Below are positions 8,667-19,211 of a stretch of DNA of 64,000 nt, piece by piece. Location: contig OZ251219.1 of the NCBI GenBank assembly GCA_965240465.1, positions 576,001-640,000 of the forward strand, written 5' to 3'. Positions within the stretch are counted from its first letter, which is position 1; each line of letters begins with the position of its first letter. Origin of the DNA: a bacterium. Its GTDB lineage: Bacteria; SAR324; JACQKK01. Below the pieces are notes generated by a model. That model was not told the origin of the DNA and did not search any database. It saw only the letters and a program-made list of their open reading frames with translations. Position numbers and translations under genes: made by a program.

Positions 8667-10088
8667 TTAACATTGCCGAGTTAGTTTTCTGCTATCTTTT
8701 TGCTCCAGTAATTTCAAGCCGCAGTGGAGTAGCAGGGATACAAATATGATGGTTGCGATGAGTACTTCATTATCGGACAGATTGTTTTGAAACAGTCCAA
8801 ACACTGCTTGGGATACTAAAGCTGCCAAGCAACCTCGGAAGACGTTTTTTTCAAAGTCTTCTGGTTTGGAGCGGGTTTGCCACAGGACGTACCCTCCCCA
8901 TCCAAAGATAGCCATCCACCAGCCTAGTAAGGCTATCAAGCCCACCAGCCCGCTACCGAACCATATTTGCAAATAGATGTTGTGAGCATGGGGGTTGAGT
9001 GTTCCATAAGCGTAGGAGGATAAATTAGTTTGGGCGTCAAATTGTTCTCGGTAGCGGTGGAAGTGTTTGGGATTTAGCCCTCTCCCTAGCCATGGTTGTT
9101 GTTTAATTCCATGCCAAGCGATCTGCCAAAGTCTAGCTCTGGGGTTGGTATCCTTATGCGAGTCCAGTATTCGATAAACTGGGCTTGGTAAATGATCCAG
9201 ATTAGCCATCAGTTGTTGCTGGAGGGGAAGCGGCAACATTTTCAGCAAGCCTCCTCGCTGATACCCCGCCATCAAGAGCAAAAAAGCTACCAAGCTAACC
9301 GCCAAAAACATCATCCGCCAGAAGAGAGAAAAACGCCGCAATAATGGAAATATCAAGAACCAGCTGCTCAGCCAAGCGATCCGACTCAAGGAAAACAGGA
9401 TCCCCAAGCCCGCGGCTACGGTACCCAAAAGCCACCACCATCTTTTTTCGCCGAAGTACAAACAAGAAAACAGCCCCAAAGGCATCAGCAAAAAACCCGC
9501 ATAGGTAAGATGATGAGAAAACGTTCCATGGGCATGAAAAAACTTACTTCCCTCAAATTGACCCACAATGACGATCCTTTGCTCGCTAGAACGAGTAAAA
9601 TCCCATCCCCAGTAGTACTGGCACACTCCATATAAGGCGATTAGGGCAATCGCGACTGCATAAACACGTAGCATTCGCTCTAATTTAACCTGTCTTAGAA
9701 AAGGTACTAAGGCTAAAATTAAAAGCCAGTACCACTGATCACTCATCCAATCTAAGTTCTCTGGTATGCTCGGAGAAAAAAATTGGGTGCTGGTTAAAAT
9801 CAAGGGATAAGCCCACAACGCACCCCATAACCACCAGGGCCACTCCATCCATTGAGGGCGAAGGACTGATTGATTTACGGTCTTAGAATTTTTTAACATC
9901 CAAGCTTGTTTTGCCCATGTTCCCAGAGCTCCAGTCAGCACTATCATAAAGAACAAATTGGAAATTGATTGACTACAAACACTAGCCAGCAAAAGCCCAT
10001 AACAGCTGATGGCTTGCCAGTTCTTCCTAATCTGGGAAAAAGCAGTCCCGACCCTGCTATAAGCGAAAAAATGGGGGCTTGTTTTCAT
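8667..10088 (-). CDS. O-antigen ligase family membrane protein
   Basis: Multiple TM segments; GTFSHH, SLSRIAW, R..LWQ.A...IKQQPWLGRG, HAHNIYLQ. Confidence 0.85.
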   Translation of the reverse strand: MKTSPHFFAYSRVGTAFSQIRKNWQAISCYGLLLASVCSQSISNLFFMIVLTGALGTWAKQAWMLKNSKTVNQSVLRPQWMEWPWWLWGALWAYPLILTSTQFFSPSIPENLDWMSDQWYWLLILALVPFLRQVKLERMLRVYAVAIALIALYGVCQYYWGWDFTRSSEQRIVIVGQFEGSKFFHAHGTFSHHLTYAGFLLMPLGLFSCLYFGEKRWWWLLGTVAAGLGILFSLSRIAWLSSWFLIFPLLRRFSLFWRMMFLAVSLVAFLLLMAGYQRGGLLKMLPLPLQQQLMANLDHLPSPVYRILDSHKDTNPRARLWQIAWHGIKQQPWLGRGLNPKHFHRYREQFDAQTNLSSYAYGTLNPHAHNIYLQIWFGSGLVGLIALLGWWMAIFGWGGYVLWQTRSKPEDFEKNVFRGCLAALVSQAVFGLFQNNLSDNEVLIATIIFVSLLLHCGLKLLEQKDSRKLTRQC

Positions 10089-10130
10089 GATTTAGGGTCC
10101 TGATCTCATTAGGGTACTGGTCTCAATTTA

Positions 10131-10607
10131 TTAAATTTCCCAGCATTCTTCCATTTCTACGCCATCAGCGGCATCTTCCAAAAATTTCATTCTCAGCAGG
10201 GTAGCTGGCAAAAATGATAAGGGACACGATTTCTCATTCAGTAGTTTAGCCGCCAGCTCCAGCACCGCTGGCAAATGTCCCACCAATAGTATTGACTGCC
10301 AAGCAGATTGCTGAAGCAGCTCCCATAACTGAGTGGCAGAAGCATGATAAATTTGCTCCTGAGCGTGCAAATCTACCCGCATTCCTGTGGTAGCCATCAG
10401 CAATTGAGCCGTTTCCAGGGCTCGGGGAGCACTGGAACACAAAATTCCATCTACCTCAAGGCCTGCCTCCAACCAGCGTTGACCTTGCTGAACCGCTTGC
10501 TCTCGCCCCCGCTCGGTTAAACATCTTTGCCAGTCCGAAAGCCCAGCCTCAGCCTCAGCATGACGCATTAAAAACAAGTCTTTCATTCTTTTCTCTTTAT
10601 CCCTCAT
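10131..10607 (-). CDS. sixA: Phosphohistidine phosphatase SixA
   Basis: LFLMRHAEA, LT.RG, SSAPRA.ETA, LLVGH.P. Confidence 0.85.
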   Translation of the reverse strand: MRDKEKRMKDLFLMRHAEAEAGLSDWQRCLTERGREQAVQQGQRWLEAGLEVDGILCSSAPRALETAQLLMATTGMRVDLHAQEQIYHASATQLWELLQQSAWQSILLVGHLPAVLELAAKLLNEKSCPLSFLPATLLRMKFLEDAADGVEMEECWEI

Positions 10608-12262
10608 AAGCCTTCTTGGACTGCACTAAGCAGGTCATCAAAGACCTTCCCACCGCGACGACGAAATTCTATCGCAAATTTATCATCCCAGTCCTGTTCG
10701 GTCTTTCGCCCTTGACCACTACGAACCAAAATCGGTCGCACTCCCAAAGCTGCTCCAGTTTGCAAGTCCGATAATTTATCTCCGACCATTACCGCTCCCT
10801 TCAGGCTGAGGTTCTGGGCTTTGCAAGCTTTGATCAGCATCCCAGCCCCTGGCTTTCTATCGGGATGATGACGATCCCATGGAGCTTTGCCATCTATATG
10901 CCAAGGACTGTAATAAAGGGCGTCTAAGCTGGCTCCTTCCTGAGCTAAGAGATCTTGCAGGCGTTTATGAGTTTTTTGCACAAATTTTTCGTCAAACAAC
11001 CCCCGAGCTACTCCAGACTGATTGGTGACCATCACCAAGTGCCAGCCTTTTTGGCGAGCGAGCTTCAAAGCGGCTACGGTACCCGATAGCAAGCCTAGCT
11101 GCTCCAGCTGGAGCAAATAGCCATTTTCCTTGATCAAAACCCCATCCCGATCTAAAAACAGCACCCGTTTATCCTCAGGACTCGGAGGACTTGGGGGACT
11201 CGGAGGACTTGGGGGACTCGGAGGACTCGGAGCTGACATTCTCAGGGGCTGAAAGGGTCTTTCCTTAGTGATTTTCCAGTGCGACAAGGCATCCTGATTA
11301 AATTTTTCTAGGGACTGAGGGGATAATTTTTTCCAACGCCGATGTACCCAATAATATTGTCCCGCGAAGTCTAAGATGTCGGTTTCTAGGGCTTGAAAAT
11401 AACGCTGGGAGTATTCCCAAACTGTCTGTTTGCGGTTCTCCCGTTCTGGATTTTTAAGATCTGCGATCGGCAATGGAAAGCGTCTAAAGCTCACCTTACA
11501 ATGTAAGGGCTTCTTGTTTATGCAAGAGGTGTATAAGGTAGTGGCATTGGTAGCATTATGGATCATCCCGGCCCCAGGTGCTGCACTGCTGAGATTATCA
11601 AAAAAATTCACAAATAGTCTCTGCTTGGAAAAATGTTGGTCCGCTAAAAACAAAACCACCTTGCCTTTAGATAGCTCCCGCAATACCGACCTAATCCCTT
11701 CTTGTTTGGTAATTATTTGGCTATTTTTTTTATAGGCAAAGCCGTTCAGCAGTCGTCCTACGCGGGGATTTGCCTGAGCATGCAGATAACTCACTATGGA
11801 AATTCCCAATCTCGCCATCATAAAGTGGATGAATTCCCAATTACCAATATGACCACTCAATAAGATAACTCCCTGCTTTCTTTGATAGGCCTCCAGTAAT
11901 AAATCAAGATTTTCTACCTCAAAATGTTCTTTCCACCGCTCAGCGGGAATGCGATGCATCACCATAGCCTCCGTTAAAAACCTTCCATAATTGCGGTAGC
12001 ATTGTCGGGATATTCTGCGTTTTTCCTTAATCCCCAGGGCCGTTCCAAATACCTTTTCCAGATTTTCCATGGAACCTCGCCGACTAATTCCAAACCCATA
12101 AAATAGCATCCCCAGCCCATACCCGAGCAAATAGGCAAATCTGGCTGGAAATAACTTCACAAATCTATAAATCAACCAAGCTATCATCCATTCCAATAGC
12201 CGGCGAAATCTTCTTATTCTGGAGATTCCTTTAGAGATGTCTTTAGAGATGTTCTTCTTCAT
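10604..12262 (-). CDS. Lipid A acyltransferase (LpxL/HtrB family) fused to heptose-1,7-bisphosphate phosphatase (GmhB), copy 2
   Basis: GHIGNWE, LADQ, QYYWVHRRWK; Pro/Ser linker; FLDRDGVL, VTNQSGVARG, RKPGAGM, MVGDK.SD. Confidence 0.88.
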   Translation of the reverse strand: MKKNISKDISKGISRIRRFRRLLEWMIAWLIYRFVKLFPARFAYLLGYGLGMLFYGFGISRRGSMENLEKVFGTALGIKEKRRISRQCYRNYGRFLTEAMVMHRIPAERWKEHFEVENLDLLLEAYQRKQGVILLSGHIGNWEFIHFMMARLGISIVSYLHAQANPRVGRLLNGFAYKKNSQIITKQEGIRSVLRELSKGKVVLFLADQHFSKQRLFVNFFDNLSSAAPGAGMIHNATNATTLYTSCINKKPLHCKVSFRRFPLPIADLKNPERENRKQTVWEYSQRYFQALETDILDFAGQYYWVHRRWKKLSPQSLEKFNQDALSHWKITKERPFQPLRMSAPSPPSPPSPPSPPSPPSPEDKRVLFLDRDGVLIKENGYLLQLEQLGLLSGTVAALKLARQKGWHLVMVTNQSGVARGLFDEKFVQKTHKRLQDLLAQEGASLDALYYSPWHIDGKAPWDRHHPDRKPGAGMLIKACKAQNLSLKGAVMVGDKLSDLQTGAALGVRPILVRSGQGRKTEQDWDDKFAIEFRRRGGKVFDDLLSAVQEGL

Positions 12263-12332
12263 TGATCTTAAACGGGATCTTTAGCAATCTTTTTAATAGA
12301 GCCACCGATCTTCTTTTTATAGCTAAAACTAC

Positions 12333-13973
12333 TCATAAGCCTTCTTGGACTGCACTAAGCAGGTCATCAAAGACCTTCCCACCGCGACGACGAAATTCTA
12401 TCGCAAATTTATCATCCCAGTCCCGTTCGGTCTTTCGCCCTTGACCACTACGAACCAAAATCGGTCGCACTCCCAAAGCTGCTCCAGTTTGCAAGTCCGA
12501 TAATTTATCTCCGACCATTACCGCTCCCTTCAGGCTGAGGTTCTGGGCTTTGCAAGCTTTGATCAGCATCCCAGCCCCTGGCTTTCTATCGGGATGATGA
12601 CGATCCCATGGAGCTTTGCCATCTATATGCCAAGGACTGTAATAAAGGGCGTCTAAGCTGGCTCCTTTCTGAGCTAAGAGATCTTGCAGGCGTTTATGAG
12701 TTTTTTGCACAAATTTTTCGTCAAACAACCCCCGAGCTACTCCAGACTGATTGGTGACCATCACCAAGTGCCAGCCTTTTTGGCGAGCGAGCTTCAAAGC
12801 GGCCACGGTACCCGATAGCAAACCTAGCTGCTCCAGCTGGAGCAAATAGCCATTTTCCTTGATCAAAACCCCATCCCGATCTAAAAACAGCACCCGTTTA
12901 TCCTCAGGAGTCGGAGGACTTGGGGGACTCGGAGGACTCGGAGCTGACATTCTCAGGGGCTGAAAGGGTCTTTCCTTAGTGATTTTCCAGTGCGATAAGG
13001 CATCCTGATTAAATTTTCCTAGGGACTGAGGGGATAATTTTTTCCAACGCCGATGTACCCAATGATATTGTCCCGCGAAGTCTAAGATGTCGGTTTCTAG
13101 GGCTTGAAAATAACGCTGGGAGTATTCCCAAACTGCCTGTTTGCGAAGCTCCCGTCCCTGATTTTTAAGGTCTGCGATCGGCAAGGGAAAGCGTCTAAAG
13201 CTCACCTTATAATGCAAGGGTTTCTTGTTTATGCAAGAGGTGTATAGGGTGGTTGCATTGGTGGCACCATGGATCATCCCGGCCCCAGGTGCCGCACTGA
13301 TGAGATTATCAAAAAAATTCACAAATAATTCCTGCTTGGAAAAATGCTGATCCGCTAAAAATAGTAACAATTTGCCTTTAGATAGCTCACGTAACATTTG
13401 CCTAAGCCCTTTTTGTTTGAGTCTTTTTTGTTTGGTAATCGTTTGGCTCATTTTTCTAAGGGGTAAATTGTTGAGCAGTTTTTCTAAGAGAGGATTTTCT
13501 TGAGCATTCAAATAACCCACTATGGGAATCCCTAAGCCCGCCATCATAAAGTGGATGAATTCCCAACTACCAATATGACCACTCAATAAGATAACTCCCT
13601 GCTTTCTTTGATAGGCCTCCAGTAATAAATCAAGATTTTCTACCTCAAAATGTTCTTCCCATCGCTCAACAGAAATGCGATGTATTGCCCCTGCTTCTGC
13701 CAAAAACCTTCCATTATGTCGGAAACTTTGTCGGGATATTCTGCGTTTCTCCTTAATCCCTAGGGCAGTTCCAAATGCCTTTTCCAGATTTCTCAAAGAT
13801 GACCTCTTACCCAGACCAAGTCCATACAAAAGCATCCCCAGTGCATACCCGATCAGATAAGCAAATCTGGCTGGACATGCTTTTACCAACCGAAAAAACG
13901 ACCAGAATATCAGCCATTCCCCGAGCCAGCCAAGCCTTTTAATTATAGAGATTTTTTTAGATGTTTTTTTCAT
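12333..13973 (-). CDS. Lipid A acyltransferase (LpxL/HtrB family) fused to GmhB, copy 1
   Basis: Same architecture (GHIGSWE; FLDRDGVL); C-terminal half nearly identical to 10604..12262. Confidence 0.88.
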   Translation of the reverse strand: MKKTSKKISIIKRLGWLGEWLIFWSFFRLVKACPARFAYLIGYALGMLLYGLGLGKRSSLRNLEKAFGTALGIKEKRRISRQSFRHNGRFLAEAGAIHRISVERWEEHFEVENLDLLLEAYQRKQGVILLSGHIGSWEFIHFMMAGLGIPIVGYLNAQENPLLEKLLNNLPLRKMSQTITKQKRLKQKGLRQMLRELSKGKLLLFLADQHFSKQELFVNFFDNLISAAPGAGMIHGATNATTLYTSCINKKPLHYKVSFRRFPLPIADLKNQGRELRKQAVWEYSQRYFQALETDILDFAGQYHWVHRRWKKLSPQSLGKFNQDALSHWKITKERPFQPLRMSAPSPPSPPSPPTPEDKRVLFLDRDGVLIKENGYLLQLEQLGLLSGTVAALKLARQKGWHLVMVTNQSGVARGLFDEKFVQKTHKRLQDLLAQKGASLDALYYSPWHIDGKAPWDRHHPDRKPGAGMLIKACKAQNLSLKGAVMVGDKLSDLQTGAALGVRPILVRSGQGRKTERDWDDKFAIEFRRRGGKVFDDLLSAVQEGL

Positions 13974-14253
13974 GAATACTAAACTAGACCTGCCGCAATC
14001 ATTCTTAATCGGTCTTATTGTAGCTATTTACCTGTGACCACCCACCTATGACCACTTATTGTGGCTTATATCTTTCCCCCGCAGCTAGATCCCGCCGTAA
14101 CTCCCCCTGATGGTTTCCCGCAGTGCATCTCATCCTACCTGCTGATCTCACCTATGGCAAAATAATAATGCTATGCTAAGCCAGCTCGTTGATATTTTAT
14201 CAGCATCACTCCTGCAAAAAACAAGATGATAAGGACAAGGTGATAAGGAGAAG

Positions 14254-15237
14254 ATGATAAGGCAGGCAAATAAAGAAGAAAAACTGCTAAAAACACTGAC
14301 CGAGCATGGATTATTAGCACCCAGTCGCTGTGTGTTGGCTGCCGTCAGTGGGGGTTCAGATTCTACTGCCTTGCTGGGTTTGCTGGATGGCTTAGCCAAA
14401 AAGCTAGAGTGGCAGCTAGAGGTGGTTCATTTTGACCACGGATTACGAGCCGAGTCAGCCGTGGACGCCCAGTGGGTGTGCGATCTGTCTGCCCGATTGA
14501 AGCGGGTTTGTCATCTAAGAAGGACTAAGCAGCTTGTCAAGTTATCTAGCGGGATACCTGCAGCTGCACGACGCTGGCGGGAAGAGGAAATGGAGAAGCT
14601 AGTGTTTCAACAGCAGGCTGCTTGGATTGCCAGTGCTCATCATCAAGATGATCAATTGGAGACCCTATTTATGCAGTGGCTGAGGGGAGTTCACCCTGCT
14701 CATTGGAGAGGAATTGCTCCTCAAAGAGGGAGCTGGATTCGTCCGCTATTGGAATGGAGTCGCAGTGAATTGAGGCAATATCTGCATCAGCGTGGCTGGG
14801 ATTGGCGGGAAGATTCTTCCAACCTTAATCTCGCTTATCGTCGTAACCGATTACGCTCCCTCATGCCATCCTTAAAGGAGATAAGCGGTCACGGCTTGGA
14901 GGCTCGCCTGCTGGCAGCCCGAGAACAAGCCCTCAACTGGCAAGCTTGGCTATCCACCCTCCCTCCGCTCAATGCCAGCTCCCCAGAAGAAAAAGAAAAT
15001 CACTGGCTAGAAATAGCCTCCCTGCAACAGTGGCCGCTACCCACCCAAACAGAAGGATTACGACAATTCATCCAAAAACGAAAACCAGGGCGTCTGGAAG
15101 CTTGTCATCTGCAGGCAGCTCTTCAGCTCCTGCAAAAAGGAAATCCCCACTGGCAACTGAACCTCCCCCATTGCCGTCAACTGAGCAGAATCGGTCCTAA
15201 ACTATGGCTGAAAACCAGTGCTCCCTTACTCCGCTAA
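14254..15237 (+). CDS. tilS: tRNA(Ile)-lysidine synthase (short form)
   Basis: AVSGGSDS, HFDHGLR, AHHQDDQLET, IRPLL, EDSSN, RNRLR; upstream of ftsH. Confidence 0.92.
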   Translation: MIRQANKEEKLLKTLTEHGLLAPSRCVLAAVSGGSDSTALLGLLDGLAKKLEWQLEVVHFDHGLRAESAVDAQWVCDLSARLKRVCHLRRTKQLVKLSSGIPAAARRWREEEMEKLVFQQQAAWIASAHHQDDQLETLFMQWLRGVHPAHWRGIAPQRGSWIRPLLEWSRSELRQYLHQRGWDWREDSSNLNLAYRRNRLRSLMPSLKEISGHGLEARLLAAREQALNWQAWLSTLPPLNASSPEEKENHWLEIASLQQWPLPTQTEGLRQFIQKRKPGRLEACHLQAALQLLQKGNPHWQLNLPHCRQLSRIGPKLWLKTSAPLLR

Positions 15238-15329
15238 AATACCTCGCGATATATTCCTTAAAAAATTCCCCTTTTTCTTTGCGATACCCTATAATAACAA
15301 TAAGATATTGATTATCACTGTTTTTTGCC

Positions 15330-17195
15330 TTGTCCATTATGCCATCCTTTCCAAAAAAACTCTTCCCTAAAAAATCTTCACCAAAAAGATCTTCACCAAA
15401 AAGATCATTGCCCAGCGGGCTGATAGTTTGGATAGCCATCGCTTTTAGTCTGGTGGTGCTTTTTAAGCTCATCAACAATCAGTCTAAGAACGCGGCTCAC
15501 ATTCCCTTCAGTCAGTTCCTAGATGAAATACAAGCCCAAAAAATAACCGAGGTAAAACTACGCGGAAAACAAGTCCTCGGCTTGTACCAAGACAAAAGCC
15601 CCTTTCAAACCATGATTCCCCTTCACTATGAAGACCTAGTTCCTGCTCTATTAAATAACGGTGTCAAGGTCAAAGCGGAGTCCTTACCCAAAAATAATTT
15701 GTGGCTAATTGCCCTCGGTAATTGGATACCCATTCTGCTGGTGGTCGGAGTGTTTTTCTTCTTAATGCGTCAAATTCAAAGCGGAGGTAATAGAGCCTTA
15801 AATTTTGGTAAAATTCGTACCAAAAAAGAACCCGAAAAACCAAAAATCACCTTCAAAGATGTAGCTGGCATTGATGAAGCCCGAGCTGAATTATCAGAGG
15901 TGGTGGAATATTTGCGAGAACCATCAAAATTTAAGAAGCTAGGTGGTGAAATCCCCAGAGGAGTTCTACTTATCGGATTGCCGGGTACTGGTAAAACCAT
16001 GCTTGCTAAGGCAGTAGCTGGTGAATCGAAAGTGCCTTTTTTTAACATCAGCGGTTCTGATTTTTTGGAAATGTTCGTTGGAGTAGGTGCTAGTCGGGTA
16101 CGAGATTTATTTCAGAAAGGTCGTCAAAATGCTCCTTGTATTATTTTCGTGGATGAAATTGATGCCGTTGGTCGTCAGCGCGGATCGGGGTTAGGAGGGG
16201 GACACGATGAACGCGAACAGACCTTAAATCAAATGCTGGTGGAAATGGACGGCTTTCCGCCTAATTCTGGAGTTATCATAATCGCGGCTACTAATCGGGC
16301 TGATGTACTAGATCCTGCTTTGTTGCGACCAGGACGTTTTGACCGCCACGTACATATTCCTCTCCCTGATATTAACGGACGGGAAGCCATCTTAAAGGTG
16401 CATACCACTAAGGTTCGCCTGCATGCGGACGTCAAGTTACGTAACATTGCGGCGGGAACGCCGGGTTTTTCAGGAGCTGATTTAGCTAATCTGGTCAATG
16501 AATCTGCCTTGTGGGCTGCCCGCCAAAAAAAGAAGCGGGTATTTCAGGAAGATTTAGAATTCGCTAAAGACAAAGTATTGATGGGACCCGAGCGAAAGAG
16601 CATGCTGATCTCCGATGAAGAACGCAAAACAACTGCTTATCATGAGGCTGGACATGCATTGGTGGCTACCCTATTGCCTGAGGTTTATCCAGTTCACAAG
16701 GTTACCATCATTCCCCATGGTCAGGCACTGGGAGTCACTCAGACCCTGCCTACAGAGGATCGTCATTATCACAGTCGGACTGAATTATTGCAAACAATGG
16801 CTATGATGTTGGGTGGTCGGGCCGCTGAGGAACTTACTTTTAAGCACTTTACCACTGGAGCTTATGACGACATCAAAAAAGTGACCGAATTAGCCAATCG
16901 CATGGTGACTCAGTGGGGAATGAGCGATGCTTTTGGTCCGGTGAATTTAAAGCAGAGCAATGATGATTCTTCCCTCGGGCATGATTTATTATCGCACTCT
17001 ATTATCAGTGAAAAAACTACCCGTTTGGTGGATGAAGAGATTAGTAAATTGGTGAGTGCTTGTTATCAGAAGGCTATTCAGCTTTTAAGAAAGCATCGCA
17101 GTATCCTGCTTAAGATTGCCAATTTATTGCTTGAAGAAGAAACCATTGATAGCCAGAAGATACAGCAGTTAGTGAAAAAAGTTTCTCCTGTTTAG
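15330..17195 (+). CDS. ftsH: ATP-dependent zinc metalloprotease FtsH
   Basis: Two TM helices, [34 protein letters not shown]. Confidence 0.97.
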   Translation: MSIMPSFPKKLFPKKSSPKRSSPKRSLPSGLIVWIAIAFSLVVLFKLINNQSKNAAHIPFSQFLDEIQAQKITEVKLRGKQVLGLYQDKSPFQTMIPLHYEDLVPALLNNGVKVKAESLPKNNLWLIALGNWIPILLVVGVFFFLMRQIQSGGNRALNFGKIRTKKEPEKPKITFKDVAGIDEARAELSEVVEYLREPSKFKKLGGEIPRGVLLIGLPGTGKTMLAKAVAGESKVPFFNISGSDFLEMFVGVGASRVRDLFQKGRQNAPCIIFVDEIDAVGRQRGSGLGGGHDEREQTLNQMLVEMDGFPPNSGVIIIAATNRADVLDPALLRPGRFDRHVHIPLPDINGREAILKVHTTKVRLHADVKLRNIAAGTPGFSGADLANLVNESALWAARQKKKRVFQEDLEFAKDKVLMGPERKSMLISDEERKTTAYHEAGHALVATLLPEVYPVHKVTIIPHGQALGVTQTLPTEDRHYHSRTELLQTMAMMLGGRAAEELTFKHFTTGAYDDIKKVTELANRMVTQWGMSDAFGPVNLKQSNDDSSLGHDLLSHSIISEKTTRLVDEEISKLVSACYQKAIQLLRKHRSILLKIANLLLEEETIDSQKIQQLVKKVSPV

Positions 17196-17253
17196 TATTG
17201 TGTTTCTCATTTTTTACTAGAATTATTTTAATTAACCTTCAGATTTAATTTTC

Positions 17254-18099
17254 ATGAGCTTACAAAATATTTCCTCTGTTTTTTCATATTTACACCCCAT
17301 TGATTTAGTGGACATAGGTCTATTGGCACTGGTGATTTATTGGTTATTGACCCTCATTCAGGGTACCCGTGCTTTTCCTATTTTGATTGGTTGTGCCTTA
17401 TTACTGGGAGCTTATACCATGGCGGGTATTTTTGAGCTAAATGCCATCAATTGGTTGCTGGAGAATGTGTTTGGTTTTGCGGTTGTGATAATGACCGTGT
17501 TGTTTCAAGAAGACATTCGCAATGCCCTAGCCCGAGTAGGATTAACCACCTTACGCAGAGATGTTAGAGAGGGAACTCAAACCACCGAAGACATTATTAA
17601 GGAAGTTCTCCAAGCTGCCCAGACTCTCTGCGGTTTGAAGATTGGAGCTTCTTTGGTATTTGAACGCGAAACAGGACTGCGTGATTACATTGAGAATGGT
17701 CGTCCTCTTAATGCTGATTGCCGAGCTGAATTACTGCAGGCTATTTTTCATCCTTCTTCGCCCTTGCATGATGGAGCTGTGATCATCAATCAGCAGGGAA
17801 AGCTAGCCGCCGCTCGTTGTATTTTGCCCTTGGCTGCCTTTCGGGTCAACAAAAACTGGGGCACTCGACATCGTTCAGCCCTAGGGCTCAGTGGAATAAC
17901 CGACTCCGTAGTGGTGGTTATCTCAGAAGAACAAAGGAGCATCTCGCTAGCCTGCGACAATAAACTTTACCCCAATCTGGATTCTAACCAACTGCAAAAA
18001 AAATTACTGGACTTGCTAGTCAAACAACCAAGCAAAAAACCTTTTATTTCGTCTATATCCAATGCCATTCCCCGTCCTGTCGTCCAAAAAACTCCTTAA
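17254..18099 (+). CDS. cdaA: Diadenylate cyclase CdaA
   Basis: Three N-terminal TM segments, SPLHDGA and GTRHRSA catalytic motifs. Confidence 0.92.
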   Translation: MSLQNISSVFSYLHPIDLVDIGLLALVIYWLLTLIQGTRAFPILIGCALLLGAYTMAGIFELNAINWLLENVFGFAVVIMTVLFQEDIRNALARVGLTTLRRDVREGTQTTEDIIKEVLQAAQTLCGLKIGASLVFERETGLRDYIENGRPLNADCRAELLQAIFHPSSPLHDGAVIINQQGKLAAARCILPLAAFRVNKNWGTRHRSALGLSGITDSVVVVISEEQRSISLACDNKLYPNLDSNQLQKKLLDLLVKQPSKKPFISSISNAIPRPVVQKTP

Positions 18100-19114
18100 G
18101 CTATGGCAAAAAACCAAGCGAGGAATCCCCTTGCTACGGCATGCACTGCTACCTAAATCCACCCATAACTTTACCCTTAAAATCGTTGCCTTGTTTATCG
18201 CAACCGTTCTGTGGGGCTTTGTCGCTTCTCAACGCCGCGGCAACAGTAGCGACATCGTCTTTACCCTACCAGTTATACTTAAAAACATACCCGTTCATTT
18301 GCAGGTGCTTAACTCCAATGTAGAAAGTGCCAGCGTCCTTATTAATCTAGCCCCAGGCTCTTCAAGCTCCATTAACCCAGCCCTCTTTCAATTAATCGTC
18401 AACCTGAAAGACTCACAACGCGGACCCACCGATAAACACCTCAGCCCTAGCAATCTAGTCTATAACAATCAGCCCCTCTCCAAAGATATGCGAGTATCCC
18501 GCATAAATCCCAATCGCATCCGAATACAACTGGCTGAAAGCATTGAACACCTAGTAAAAATCTCCCCTCGCCTGAGCGGAACCCCCGCCAAGGGATTTAG
18601 CATCATTTCTACCCACTTGGAACCACCAGAAATAGTCCTTAGCGGACCGCGTTCCATCCTAGAAAAAATCACTCGGGTATTCACCATCCCCATCAATATC
18701 AGTAACTTATCCGATAACAAGGAAACCAATTTTGAACTCCAATTACCTCAATATGTTCGCTTGTCGCAAAACGCTCCTCAAAAATTCCAAGCCCGCATCA
18801 TCATCAGCGAAAGCCCCATCCGCCGCCTAAAATTAGACATCCCTGTGGTCTTTGAAAACGCCCGCCCTAATTTCCAATATCAACACAGCGTCAACAAAGT
18901 AAATGCCTATCTGCTCGGAACCGAAAATAACTTCGAAAAATGGAACCAAAAAAACATCCACGCAGTACTGGATCTATCACCCTATAAACCCGGTGATTAC
19001 CGAGGACTTAAACCCCTGGTGCAATTGCCAGCTAATATCCGCGTACTAGAACAATGGCCTATCGTGGACTTGTTCGTAATCAATCGCACAACCAATAATT
19101 CTGATGATAAATAA
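18062..19114 (+). CDS. cdaR: CdaR/YbbR-domain regulator
   Basis: LKIVALFIA..LW TM segment followed by YbbR-like beta repeats; follows cdaA. Confidence 0.8.
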   Translation: MPFPVLSSKKLLKLWQKTKRGIPLLRHALLPKSTHNFTLKIVALFIATVLWGFVASQRRGNSSDIVFTLPVILKNIPVHLQVLNSNVESASVLINLAPGSSSSINPALFQLIVNLKDSQRGPTDKHLSPSNLVYNNQPLSKDMRVSRINPNRIRIQLAESIEHLVKISPRLSGTPAKGFSIISTHLEPPEIVLSGPRSILEKITRVFTIPINISNLSDNKETNFELQLPQYVRLSQNAPQKFQARIIISESPIRRLKLDIPVVFENARPNFQYQHSVNKVNAYLLGTENNFEKWNQKNIHAVLDLSPYKPGDYRGLKPLVQLPANIRVLEQWPIVDLFVINRTTNNSDDK

Positions 19115-19211
19115 CAAAATCCATCACCCAGGGAGGGCAAACTAAATCGTAATTGATAAATTCGCCCTACATCATCCCCAAAAAATTATTATCTATCCTC
19201 CATAAAACACC

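Noticed and set aside
10604-13973. Duplicate LpxL-GmhB genes as a pure assembly artefact
   Set aside because: N-terminal halves are clearly different, and the C-halves carry scattered SNPs and different linker lengths
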